Source: Cladosporium halotolerans (taxonomy: Eukaryota). From it: a stretch of 64,000 nucleotides of DNA. A model generated the notes under the pieces. The model did not search any database. It had not been told where the DNA came from and saw nothing but the letters and a program-made list of their open reading frames with translations. Position numbers and translations under genes: made by a program. This document shows positions 32,984 through 44,653 of this stretch, piece by piece (within the stretch, counting starts at the first letter, position 1; each line of letters opens with the position of its first letter). The stretch lies in assembly GCF_011745625.1 (NCBI RefSeq), contig NW_027191453.1:434001-498000 (forward strand), given 5' to 3'.

Positions 32984-35628
32984 ATGAGACGTACACAGTC
33001 CGCCCAGCTCGCCGAAGCACCCGACATCCTTTCGTTAACCTCGATCACCATGAATATGGCTGCACGGCATCGATCACACACTTCACTTTCAGGACCTCAG
33101 CGCCCCGACTCGCGAGCCTCTACGACAAGTGCGGTGTCAACTCGCGAGGCGCAACAAGATGCGCAACCTGCACAAAATATCTACATGCAAGGCCCCGAAG
33201 CCGCTCTCTTACAATATGCCAGCATGGATCCCAACGTGGCGCCGCAGTTCGTGCCGCAGCCTCAACATATGGGTCATCAACACGCGCACAGCGTCTCCTT
33301 CCCGATGCCTGGAGGATACGGCCCCCAGGACTCTCCCTTTATGCAAGACATGCAGTTCCCCAACCACGTGCGCGTAGGCTCCATGCCAATGCAGTCTTCT
33401 CTAGAAGCCCCGGACGAGAAAAGGCGGAAGGGGTCGGCAGTCACTGCGACCAACGACAAGGAGCTGCGGGAGATGCTGTCTCGCAACGAGGGAAGGCCGC
33501 TTCCCGAGGTAGCGCAAGAGGTGATTCAAAAAGAGCGAACTCCTATGGCAGAGAAGACGAAGCAACTCTTTGCTATGCTCTGGTAAGTTTTCCGGAAACA
33601 TTTGGTGGGGTCGATCGTTTGTTTGTTTACGTGCTGACTTTGCCAAGGCTTCGGGCAGTGTGCAAACCTGCGAAGACCTCTGTGCCACGCAATCGAGTAT
33701 ATTCACAGTACGCTACACGCTGCGGTACTGAGCGTGTCGTTCCGCTCAACCCAGCGTCGTTTGGCAAGCTCGTCCGCGTCATCTTCCCGGGCATTCAGAC
33801 GCGCCGCCTAGGCGTGCGCGGAGAGAGCAAGTATCACTACGTCGATCTCGCCCTCGAAGAAGAGCCTACAGCGCAGACATCTGCAGCGTGGAATGGCAGC
33901 AGTATCCCAGCTGTCGAGAGCCGCCTTCGAAGAAGCGAATCTGCAAGTACTCAGCAGATTGACTTCAACACCATGCCTCGTCTCCCCGCCGACACGGCCG
34001 CTTTCCCTACCGGTGATTCCAGCTTCGACACACAACCTACCATGCCGCCAACACCCCGAGGACCTCCCTCGCAAGGTCGTGCATTCGCCTGGCCAGATAC
34101 ACGAGGCATGCAGCAGGGCACTGTTGAATCGTTGTCGTACAACCACACGCTACGCTTTCCGTCGAGCAATCTTCCTCCTTTCACGGAGAATGAACCAGTC
34201 AGCTTACCGTCGATTCACCCATACCTACCTCCCCGCACCGACGTGGACACCGCGGAGGCTTTGTCAGCACTTTATCGCACGCATTGCACGTCACTTATCG
34301 ACAGCATTCGGTTCTGCAAGGAGAAGCAGTTCTTCCGTCTTTACACCTCATTCCATGGTACTTTGACCGTGCCGGTACAAAAGCTCTTCACGCACGCAAA
34401 CATCGCCCCTTGGATACAACAATGCGATCTGGTCATGTATCGAACCATGGTACGCTTCGTGAGCCGACTGACACTGCAAGCTGCGCCTGTGGTCGTAATC
34501 AACATTCTTTCCAACATCTCAGCCAACCTTCATGGTCACATCGCGAAGACATTCAGCTCACAGCCAGCGCATGTGCTCGAGGCTAAACTGAAGCCAGCCG
34601 CCATTTTCGCTTCGCTGCTTCACCGTCTCATCAGGGTCAATCAGTCCGCGCATGCTGCTGCAAATCTCTTGACCATTGACCAGAACAGAGAGCAAATGTG
34701 GTTTGAATGGTTGACTAAGGTCAACCCAAAACGCGTCATGGAAGCTGAGCTCCCAGACTGTGGTTACGAAGAGGCATACAAGATCCTCACTACTGAGATG
34801 CGCAGCCTGCTGGAGCCTCTGCAAGCACCCGCTTATCAGGATGATCCTTATGGCTTCCAGGCATACAACTTCGAAGAGAATGGCTCTTTCGCCTCCTACC
34901 TGCAGGGTCAGATGACACGACCAAACTCCGGTCCGTCTAACGTTTCGACTGAGACGATCCTTGATCGGTGGTCATCCTTCATCTCCTCTTTGCCCTCTCG
35001 CTTCCCGAACGCTGAAGCCAGACTGCTTCTGCACTGCATCTCTGGTGTTGGTACCGCGGCCCTGAGAGATATCACCATTATGAACGGACAAAGTTATGGG
35101 CACTGGTGGGTACTGAAGATCTTCGTTGACGAAATGTCCCTCTGGTTAGCCGAGATGGGCGGCTTTCTTGAGCCAGAGGCAGCGAACGACTCAGTCGCCA
35201 GGCACAGCATGCAGCAATCGCCTACTATGGATGCCACACTCAGCCGCAACAGCATGAGTGGAAGCCGCAGTGCAAGCCGCATGGGCAGTATTGCGCCGGA
35301 ATCTAGCAACCAACTCCAGGCCGGGAACCCGATGTTTCCTGCTCACCTTCAGCGCAACGCTTCGTTCGAAGCACCAAGCCGTCCTCACTCGGCAATGCCG
35401 GTGCTGAACCCCCAGCCTCCCCCACAGGATGGTCAGGCTTTTTTCATGCCGCAGCCGATGTCACAGCCATCATCACAACTACAGCAAGAGACGGATCTTG
35501 ACGATTCAGGTATCGGTATGGGTTTAATGGATGACGAGTTGACTATGGCCAAATTCAGTGTCAACGGCCAGCACATGAGCGGCGACTCCATGGCTCTCGC
35601 GGGTGGAATGCGTGTGAACGCAATGTAA
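32984..35628 (+). CDS. RFX-domain transcription factor (CPCR1/Sak1/Rfx1-like); start uncertain
   Basis: KQLFAMLW|LRAVC...SVPRNRVYSQYATRC...PLNPASFGKLVRVIFPGIQTRRLGVRGESKYHY is the RFX winged-helix domain; intron 33583-33647. Confidence 0.9.
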
Positions 35629-37109
35629 CGACGATCAAAAGAAACAACGAGGAAAACGATGAAGAGTTTACGGCGTCGAGAACTGGGATTTTGATCAATG
35701 GGATCGTGCCTAGAAGCAAACCATATGCTCGGCACCGGTGCGGGTACAGGGCATAATCGGGGCGGTGCACACAGGCGTGTGTGTAGAGAGCCGACCCATT
35801 TCTCCAGCTGCCACGGCAGCTTTTCATTTTTCTGGGATGCGAGGAGCGGGCGACAGTGATCATCTCGTGGGCCTCGCAAAATCATGGTCTACGAGTCTGG
35901 GGCTCCCGTCTGGCCTTACGGCGCATTTCGATATACTTGGCTTCCTTTCTTTTGGGGTGGCTTTTCTGTCGATGCTCTGTTACGCTTCTGCTGCTTAATC
36001 CTGGATACCAACAGCCCTGCCGTTTGTTTTGGTCTTACTGTAATGTGCTTTCGCACGTGTCTTGATTAGATTTGAGCAACCTGCAAATGCACTTCGTAAT
36101 TTTGTTGCTAATCTTTCGTCCACTCCCACTTTCACTTGTCATGACTCTCTGGACAGTAGAGGATCGTCGATTGCTCTCGGACATAGCTATAGGAGTACCG
36201 ATGGCATCACTAGACCGTCTGGCTGTTTCTGCTCTCGTGATGCATTGACAAAGTGCGCGCTCGAGGGCTGCATCAAGCGAGCTCGGTGTATTCAGGGTTA
36301 GGGTTGGGGTTGCATTTTTGGGAGTCTGATGCCTTCCTGTCGACATAATCTGGAGACTTGTAGTCGTTGATGGGAGACTCGAGTCAGCCAAATACTTCAG
36401 CCGAATTTTATGGTCTTTATCGGGCCCTGGTGTAAGTACTCTACTTATCTGCTCATGGTGTCGTGACTTTCGCGATGGAGAAATTTGGGATGTAATGCAG
36501 CTCATCGGTCTTAGATCGACGTTTGGACGCACGACTCTACAACCTCGCAAAGATTATAAACAGTAGCATGAGAAATCATGATTTCTTCCTGGACAATGGA
36601 TTCATGATTGTAGTCACCAATCGCAGCAACTTTCCAAACACGTTCTACTACAATCGCCCATACAGGCGGCTACCAAAGTACACAAACAGCGTCAGCGCAA
36701 CCAATATAGATCGCCCAGAGAACACCTTACTCTTTCGCCAATGGAACCGCAGTAGCTCGGAAAATTGTCAATCGTCATTTCTGTTTCACTAGATGCCATG
36801 GTCCAACGAAGACCCGGTCATATGATGCCATCATGGATCGATCGTTTGCCTGCTTCCTCCCCGCCGCGAAGTCATAGGCGCAATGTTGCCCCGTCAACCA
36901 GCCCCAAACACACCTCTTTGAAGAAACATCCGAGGACGAGCCATCTGCAGATCCCTCCAGGCACATAAGATCCACGCGCAACCATCTCGAAGCGCTCACT
37001 ACATTGCGAAAATACTGCACAGCGCACACCGCAGAAAATAAAAACAAAACCCAGCAACACAGCATAAACGCACGCAAAGCAACCTTCGACACCGCCCAAT
37101 CGAGAGCCA

Positions 37110-37669
37110 ATGCCAGCACTCTTCACACGCGACCCGAACGCACCGACGATGTCGAACCCTTTCCAATCTTCGGAGACTGTCGCGGCTGCCGTTGGACAAG
37201 AAAATCAGATGCAAGATGCGCAGCAGCACAAGCAGGTGCTCGAGAAGAAGGGCGCAGCGGACAAGAAGTACGTTTGATGCGCCGGACGACGAAGCGTGCT
37301 CGCGAGATATACACTGCTCCTATAGATGGGAATTCTATGCGACACAGCTTCACCGGACGCAGATGATTAATCTTAGCATGCATCGATGCTAATTGTGCTA
37401 CAGCAACCCACATTTCGTCAGCCCTTCCGACGCCATCATGAGCCCCGCCAGCCAGAAGCTCTCGTCGTTCAAGCAGAGGCAGATCAACAAGCAGTGAGTT
37501 CCTTCCGCCTTTACCGTATGAGGCGATCAGAAACCCTAAAGAAGGTTGCACTCTCGCGTACACATCGATGCTGATACGTGACAGAAATGGTGGCGATTCG
37601 ACCCGCCGCTCCCTATTCGCCCGCAGCGTCTCAGGCAACAGTGAGCAGAGCGTGGACGAGGCGAAGTGA
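37110..37669 (+). CDS. SPO12: Spo12-family mitotic exit regulator, 3 exons (not represented in the ORF track)
   Basis: Introns 37268-37403 and 37494-37584 give MPALFTRDPNAPTMS...QHKQVLEKKGAADKNNPHFVSPSDAIMSPASQKLSSFKQRQINKQNGGDSTRRSLFARS...EAK*; VSPSDxIMSPxxxKL is the Spo12 motif. Confidence 0.8.
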
Positions 37670-38416
37670 CCACAGGAGTAGATCTACAGCAGCGGGATCT
37701 GCTTTCAAGTCCGGAAAGTGGTTGACACTGTGTTCGCTCTCTGTGACAGATTGAAGCTCCGGTCTGGTGGCTGCACATCTACTAGCTCGGACAGAGCTCT
37801 TTTTTTTTCTGGTCATCAATCGGAGTATGGCGTCAACCGGTGGGCAGGCGCTCAAGGAGCAGCCAAGGGGCCCGCGCAAACTGATACCCAGGCTGTCGTT
37901 CATTTGGATACTTTTCGGATTAGGATAGGGAGAGCACGGGCATGGAGAGCACTTGTGCTTCTTGATATAGGAACGTCTATCGCTTCAGCGATGGCGAATT
38001 AGACATCGTTCTATTGGTCAGAGGCACCATCTGCAGTGTATAAGGTAGCTCATGTCCATAGTAAGCTTAGACACGGCACTGAGGGCCCAATTGTACAAGC
38101 GGCAGCATGTAATTTTTGCGTTGATCCTTTGCTGTTCTGACACGCTTTCAATGTTGTGGTTTCCTGGGCCAAATAATAATACACTATGCCAGAGATCTAA
38201 CCTCCAAGGGCTCCCTTCGCCCTGCTTCATCGACGCTCGCGATGCCAGCGAGCCAGCCACTTCGCGCGGGAATTCTGTCGGCGGCAAGGGTCGGCCCGCA
38301 GAAGCTCGGGGCGCCGCCGTCGAATTCCTTCTTCTACCTCGAGGAAATTTCCAGTGCGCCTCAAGACGCGAAGCTCACCTGCATCCAGTCCAACACTCTG
38401 CGCAAATATTTCGACA

Positions 38417-40037
38417 ATGGCGCTTGTCAAAAAGGCAGACGACGAGTTCGTCATCAAGCCGGAGGCTGTTGCTGCTGCATCCAACATCAACTACGCCGAA
38501 TGGCCTCTTCTTTTGAAGAACTGGGATCAACGTATGTCCCTACATTGATTGGTTATAGGGAAGACTGCACTGTCGCAAGGCTCGCGCAACAGTCTTCCTT
38601 GACCTACATTACCATTGAGAATAGAGCTTACAAGCGACCGCAGTCAATGTCCGTACGGGCCACTTCACTCCGATTCCTGCTGGCAGCAACCCTCTTCGCC
38701 GCGACCTCAAGAACTACATCTCCTCTGGTGTCATCAACCTCGACAAACCCTCCAACCCGTCCTCCCACGAAGTCGTCGCATGGCTCAAGCGCATGCTCCG
38801 TGTTGAGCGCACGGGTCACTCTGGTACTCTCGATCCCAAGGTCACTGGTTGCCTGATCGTTTGCATCGACCGCGCTACCCGCCTCGTGAAGAGCCAGCAG
38901 GGCGCAGGAAAGGAATATGTCGCTGTTCTCCGTCTCCACGGCAAGCTCCCAGGTGGCGAGGCTCAGCTGGCGCGTGCCCTCGAGACCCTGAACGGTGCTC
39001 TCTTCCAGCGCCCGCCGCTTATTTCTGCCGTCAAGAGGCAGCTCCGTATCCGTTCGGTCTACTCTAACAAGCTCCTCGAGTTCGACAACGACCGTCAGCT
39101 CGCTGTCTTCCACGTCTCTTGCGAGGCTGGTACCTACATCCGTACCCTCTGCGTCCACCTCGGCCTCCTCCTTGGCGTTGGCGGTCACATGCAGGAGCTT
39201 CGCCGTGTTCGCTCCGGTGCCATGGACGAGAAGAACGGCATGGCCACTCTCCACGACGTTCTCGACGCTCAGTGGATCATGGATAACCAGCTCGACGAGT
39301 CCGCTCTCCGCACCGTCATCTCCCCTCTTGAGTCGCTCCTCACTGGCTACAAGCGTGTCGTAGTCAAGGACAGCGCCGTCAACGCCGTCTGCTACGGTGC
39401 CAAGCTCATGCTTCCTGGTCTGCTCCGCTATGAGGCCGGCATTGACGTCTACGAGGAGGTTGTTTTGATCACCACCAAGGGCGAGGCTATTGCCATTGGT
39501 ATCGCTCAGATGTCCACCGTCGAGATGTCTTCTTGCGATCACGGTGTTGTCGCTAAGGTCAAGCGCTGTATTATGGAGCGTGACCTCTACCCGCGCCGCT
39601 GGGGTCTCGGCCCGACCGCCACCACCAAGAAGCAGATGAAGGAGTCCGGCAAGCTTGACAAGTACGGCCGCGCCAACGAGGCTACTCCGGCTTCTTGGAA
39701 GAAGGAATACAAGGACTTCAACGAGCCTCTTGCCGCCACTTCTGCCGACAACCTTCGCAACGAGCCGCAGAGCGAGGGCGGTGCCATCGAGGCCGCTCCC
39801 TCCAAGGAAGGTCACCTTGGCAAAGGCCCCGAGCTCCCCACTCAGGCTGAAATGGCCGACGCTCCCGCTGTGCCGCCGACCAACATCGAGGCGGCCGATG
39901 GTGACAAGAAGAAGAAGCGCAAGCACGAGGGCGAGACCGCCGAGGAGAAGGCGGAGCGCAAGAAGAGCAAGAAGGAGAAGAAAGAGAAGAAAGAGAAGCG
40001 CAAGTCTCAGGCCAAGGCCGACACCGACAGCGAGTAG
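38417..40037 (+). CDS. CBF5: H/ACA snoRNP pseudouridine synthase Cbf5/dyskerin
   Basis: [43 protein letters not shown] domain, KKEK-rich tail; intron 38532-38643. Confidence 0.96.
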
Positions 40038-40880
40038 GAATCGTCTGCCGAGGATAGTGAGGCTGAGATTGTTAATGTTCTGCCGGCACCGCACAGCAAG
40101 TCGGCCAGCAAGCCGACCCCGAAACCGATTATGGGAGGAAGCAAGTCGGGCCAGAAGGCTCGTATGAGGTAAGACTTTCTCCTTTTGTCTACTGTTGCGA
40201 GCAAATCCGGGCAGCGCGTGTGGGAGAATCCGTGTACAGTATGCAGCAGCATCGGCGCACCAGGCGACGGGCGTTTAACGACAAGGGTTGGCGTTTTTTG
40301 GTTGAAAAGAATTGAGAGGCTGGGACAAAGCTCTTTTTTGACTGTTTGATTCTGGTGAAGCGCTGAGCTTTTCACCCTTTGGTACGAGCGAGGAGGTCCT
40401 TGCCGTGTATTCACGAGCGCTGCACCTTGTATGCAGCTACGAGAGAGAAAATCATTTGAAACCGTCAGCCGTGTCACTTCCCATAATGTCGCCGTTGTGT
40501 CCATCCACACTCAATACCCATGCATGCCGCCGCTGCGCATCACGACGTGACTGTTTCTTCTCCATTGCTGGACTTCATGGAGGACACATGCTTAGCTCAG
40601 TTGATTCCAACCCCATGATCTGCGGCCTTGCCTTCTTTCCTTCCGATACCATCCCATCCCTTCTACTGTTGAGACCTGTGATTTGAACTGGGAGAGCCTG
40701 TAACGATACATGGGCAAAGGGTTGTGCCAGCGTGCTTCGACACGCACGAAAGCTCCCAACTCACAGTACGGCACGCGGGAGACTGCGGCCTCCAGCATGG
40801 AACTACCTATTCGCCGAGCCTGGTCCCGCGACCAAGAATTGCAAGGTTGGTAGCTTGATAGGAGCCTTTCACCAAATCGA

Positions 40881-40938
40881 TCCTTTCGATTAGGATAGTT
40901 TACCATCATTCCTTTCGATTAGGATAGTTTACCATCAT
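40881..40938. repeat. Perfect 29-bp tandem duplication
   Basis: TCCTTTCGATTAGGATAGTTTACCATCAT at 40881-40909 and 40910-40938. Confidence 0.95.
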
Positions 40939-42030
40939 GACCTACTGAAGAAAGCAGAGACCTCAAGACGAACCGATAGCGGCGGTGGACCCGAAAGAGA
41001 GAGACGCCACAGCTGGGAGCAACGGGCGTTACCCAGCAGATGGGAATATGCGGTTGCCTAAATGGGAGCAAGGCCTCCAGGCCGAGTATGAGACCGCTAA
41101 TCACGTACTAGAAGATAGCAAAGTATGTTTGATGCGTGGCAGAATTAGTGAAGATGGAACCCCACTGGGGCTGGGAGAGAGATTTGAATCGTCGGAGGTG
41201 TTTGAAGGTTTCCTCTGTCGAGAGGCCGGCCACGAGAGGCTCCGAACTGCGTATCTACAACCCATTGTGTGCACTGCTATCTTCTACGGAGCGACTCATC
41301 TCAAAACACATCTACAATATCTGCCCATGGTCCTGAGATCGATTTTGATGACGTGGGGTGCCTCACGTAAATTGCTGGACCGGAATTTTGGGTTTGGCGT
41401 CCCAGCCACACTTGTCGCGTGGCAGCAGCGGCCCATGGGTGGCAGGGGACATGTGTGCACGCACGAGCACGAGCACGAGCGTCCCGGCGAGGCCTCGCGG
41501 CATCATCTTCCTTGTATATTCACTCTCGTCGCTGTTCATACTGTCGTCTTCACAGATCTCTGCATCTTCCGTCCACAACGTCCAGTATACTTTTTAAGCT
41601 CTGGTTCCTGTAACGACGCGGCTCCGCTGCAGTCACCAAAACAAGGCTTGTGTCGATCGATCGTCAGCTCAACTTTGCAGGGCGGAAGTGCGGCCTTATA
41701 TTCGCACGCGCAAACAGCAAGACATTTCGCAGATCCAACCGCCACAACAAGTCGGCCAGCGTACGAGAGGGTGTACCGCGAGACAAGTCGGCAGCTTTCT
41801 CTTAGAAAGAGCTTCCCAGCCTTCCAATCTCTCGATCACGTCCAGTAGCTGGCCGCGCTTCAAGCTTCTGTCTCAGACCGTTGCCCGTTGGAATCTCCAG
41901 AAGATAGAGGGGATCTGCTTCTGAGACATCCCACGGTCATCAGCGAGGCCCTTCTGAGACTCCAGCCCTCAGTCCAGCCTTTACCAAATTTCAGCCTCGA
42001 AGCAAGCACAAGCCATATCTATAGGACAGC

Positions 42031-43482
42031 ATGTCAGCGCTGGGTTCCACTTCAACGCACTCACCTGCAGCGACTCCGGACCAATCCAGCATTCGACTCG
42101 TTTCCGACTTCCCATCCCACCGCCGCAGCCTCTCGAACATTTCCACCGGATACAACGGAGCCCAAGGACTTCTCGACGACGACGCCAATTCCACCGAAAA
42201 CACCGCCCTCACCGCCTTAGCTCCCCCTGACAAAGCATACACACCAGAAAGACCGGCAATTGGAGCGCGCTTGCTGTCGTCTATTCAAAACGCACAACCC
42301 ACCGCTGCAGCCCTCTCGAGATCGAAGACTGTTCTACACTCTCGCGCAAGGTCCTTGGCCGCGTTCGTACCTAGACTCAGCCCAAGCGCCCCGAGTCAAT
42401 CTTCACCGGCAGACCCACGACCGCAGACCTCACACAACCAGTCTTCGAACAGACTCTTTGGCGATCTCTTCAACGGCGAATCCGCGCCGGTTAGGCTAGG
42501 CATTCCGCCGTCTAGCCCTAACAGAGAGAAAGAAGAGATGGAGTTTCCCATGGAATACCGTAGCGGTCTGACCGAGCGTCCGAGGAAGAGAGCTAGCATG
42601 CTGCCCCAGACACCCGAGAGGCAGAAGACAAGTTGGTTTGGACGCAAGGTCGCGTCGCCCTCGGTTCCGCAATCACCGGCCGTCGCACAAGACGACATTG
42701 TGAACATGAACATCATGGCTTCGCTGTTCCCCAACGGCCAGACCGACGAACTCACACCCCACGCCTTCAATGACCTTCTCGTCAATGCCACAACCCTGCT
42801 CCAGAAGATGCAGTCTGCATACAAGGAGAAGGTCGATTACATCGCTACCATGCAGCCGGAGATCGAAGTCCAGCGCGAAGAGGTCGAGGAGGCCGAGATC
42901 CGCTCGCGTCATCTCAAGCTGCAACTGGAAGACATGGGTCGCCGCGCCCAGGAGCAAGAGAAAGCCATGCAAGAGCTCGCCTCGCAGCTGTCCGAAGAGC
43001 GCTTCCGGCACCAAGAGGCTCGCGAGAAGGAAGCGCGCAAGATCTCGCGATCATTCAAGCTCGCGCCGCCGCCCCCATCTGCCAGCGCCGACGACACGAC
43101 CGACGACGAGACTACACCGCGCCGCCGCAAGCGCGCCTCGGCAGGCAGCACCGACGCGTCCGATTCTGGTTTCGAGTCCGACATGGACCGCGACGCCGAA
43201 GGCCAATGGTCGCAGGATCCCATGGACCCGGTCATGCAGAAGGCCGTGCTCTCGTCGCCCGCGCCCATAACGCCTACGAAGCCGCGGCATCAGCATGCGC
43301 CGACACACTCGTCGAATCTGCGCAACAGCGTGTCGGCGATGAACAAGCGACTGGGTAGCGATGGGTCGGCGTGGACGATGATGGAGAGGCTGAGGGGCGA
43401 GAATGTGGAGTTGAGGGCGCAGGTTGCGGAGATGCAGCGCGAGTTGCAGGCTTGCATTGAGCTGATCGGGTGTGTGAGGTGA
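42031..43482 (+). CDS. Uncharacterised coiled-coil protein
   Basis: 483-aa intronless ORF; LFGDLFNGESAPVRLG, FNDLLVNATTLLQKMQSAY, EEVEEAEIRSRHLKLQLEDM heptads, SDSGFES motif, C-terminal coiled coil. Confidence 0.72.
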   Translation: MSALGSTSTHSPAATPDQSSIRLVSDFPSHRRSLSNISTGYNGAQGLLDDDANSTENTALTALAPPDKAYTPERPAIGARLLSSIQNAQPTAAALSRSKTVLHSRARSLAAFVPRLSPSAPSQSSPADPRPQTSHNQSSNRLFGDLFNGESAPVRLGIPPSSPNREKEEMEFPMEYRSGLTERPRKRASMLPQTPERQKTSWFGRKVASPSVPQSPAVAQDDIVNMNIMASLFPNGQTDELTPHAFNDLLVNATTLLQKMQSAYKEKVDYIATMQPEIEVQREEVEEAEIRSRHLKLQLEDMGRRAQEQEKAMQELASQLSEERFRHQEAREKEARKISRSFKLAPPPPSASADDTTDDETTPRRRKRASAGSTDASDSGFESDMDRDAEGQWSQDPMDPVMQKAVLSSPAPITPTKPRHQHAPTHSSNLRNSVSAMNKRLGSDGSAWTMMERLRGENVELRAQVAEMQRELQACIELIGCVR

Positions 43483-43950
43483 TAGAATGGGGAGGGAAGA
43501 GGTGGATTTTCAAACTGCATCCAGAATGGATTCTGTGTACAGTGAGGGACGAGGCGCTGCTGGTCAGTGTGGAAGCATGCACATAGTGTACAGACGTTCA
43601 TCAAAGATTGGTAGAATCATACAACTCACTTTCCCCATTGAGACGACTTCATGTGAGCAATCATAACTGTCACCTGCATGAGCACCTCAAAGTGCAGCGG
43701 AGAGGAAGAAGTGTCCCAGGTCTGCCAACATGAAATTCACTTACACTCAAGCCCCAAAGAGGAAGGCACGACCCGACCGCTCTTTCCAAGTCTGGAATGA
43801 ACATGAGTGAATTTCTCACGAATGAGTTACTCCCTCAAGAATGGGTCTTTTGGCTCGGGCTTTTTCTCAGGACCATCTTCCATTCACTCTTCATTAAACA
43901 GCGTACTAGTACAGCGTGTGGCCTTCCCCTTCATCGAACTACACCTCGCT

Positions 43951-44056
43951 TCCGATGTGGTCTAGTGGCTAGGATTTGTCGCTCTCAATCTTCGGTTCGT
44001 CAAGAACTGAGAAGATCAGTGCCGACAAGGCCGGGGTTCAATTCCCCGCGTCGGAA
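43951..44056 (+). tRNA. tRNA-Glu (anticodon CTC) with 34-nt intron
   Basis: Acceptor TCCGATG/CGTCGGA, A-box TGGTCTAGTGG, anticodon stem TGTCG/CGACA with CTC at 43984-43986, intron 43988-44021, T-loop GGTTCAATTCC, T-run downstream. Confidence 0.95.
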
Positions 44057-44064
44057 TTTCTTTT
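44057..44064 (+). terminator. Pol III T-rich terminator of the tRNA gene
   Basis: TTTCTTTT immediately after the discriminator base. Confidence 0.6.
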
Positions 44065-44653
44065 GACCTTTTGCGGTGAGAAGCCTTGAGGTGTTGTAAG
44101 AGGAGTCTCATTTTTGTTGGTACGACGCCGTTTGCCCACGGAGACCACACGCCATAGACGCCGAACAGGTATGGGGCGTGCTATGCTCCTTCGAAAGTTT
44201 CCAAAGCAATCTTTGGTTGTAGAAGATGGTGCCGAATGACACTAACTTTCGGAGACAGCAAGCGGTGGTGGCACAAAGGCGACTGCTATACGATGCGGTA
44301 AAACCAGGTCTTCACACAGCATTCGTACCGATACATTAAAACAGTTCCATTTTACATTTACTGGTCAGTGCCATAGCGAATGCATGCGCAAGGGCGACCT
44401 ATAGAAGACTAGCACAGTGGTGTACATCCCGTCAGCACGCTGATGCCTGACATCCAAGCCTGGTGCCAACACCGAACACCTCATTGCGTGGCTCAGACCT
44501 TGCATGCGAAATGCAAGTTTCTCTCCATCATTCACTGCGCGCGACTCGTGCGATTCTACTCGCACACGTAGACACTGAGACATCCTCTGCCGATCCGAAG
44601 CATGCCACTCTCGACGCTGTCTCACCGCTCGCTTCTTCCGCCTCCACACCGAC

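Noticed and set aside
38628..40094. 488-aa antisense ORF over CBF5
   Set aside because: Same codon-bias artefact, fully overlapping a confident gene.
40985..41848. 287-aa ORF upstream of the coiled-coil gene
   Set aside because: GTG start, no motifs or codon bias; reads like promoter or 5' UTR sequence including a GCACGA microsatellite.
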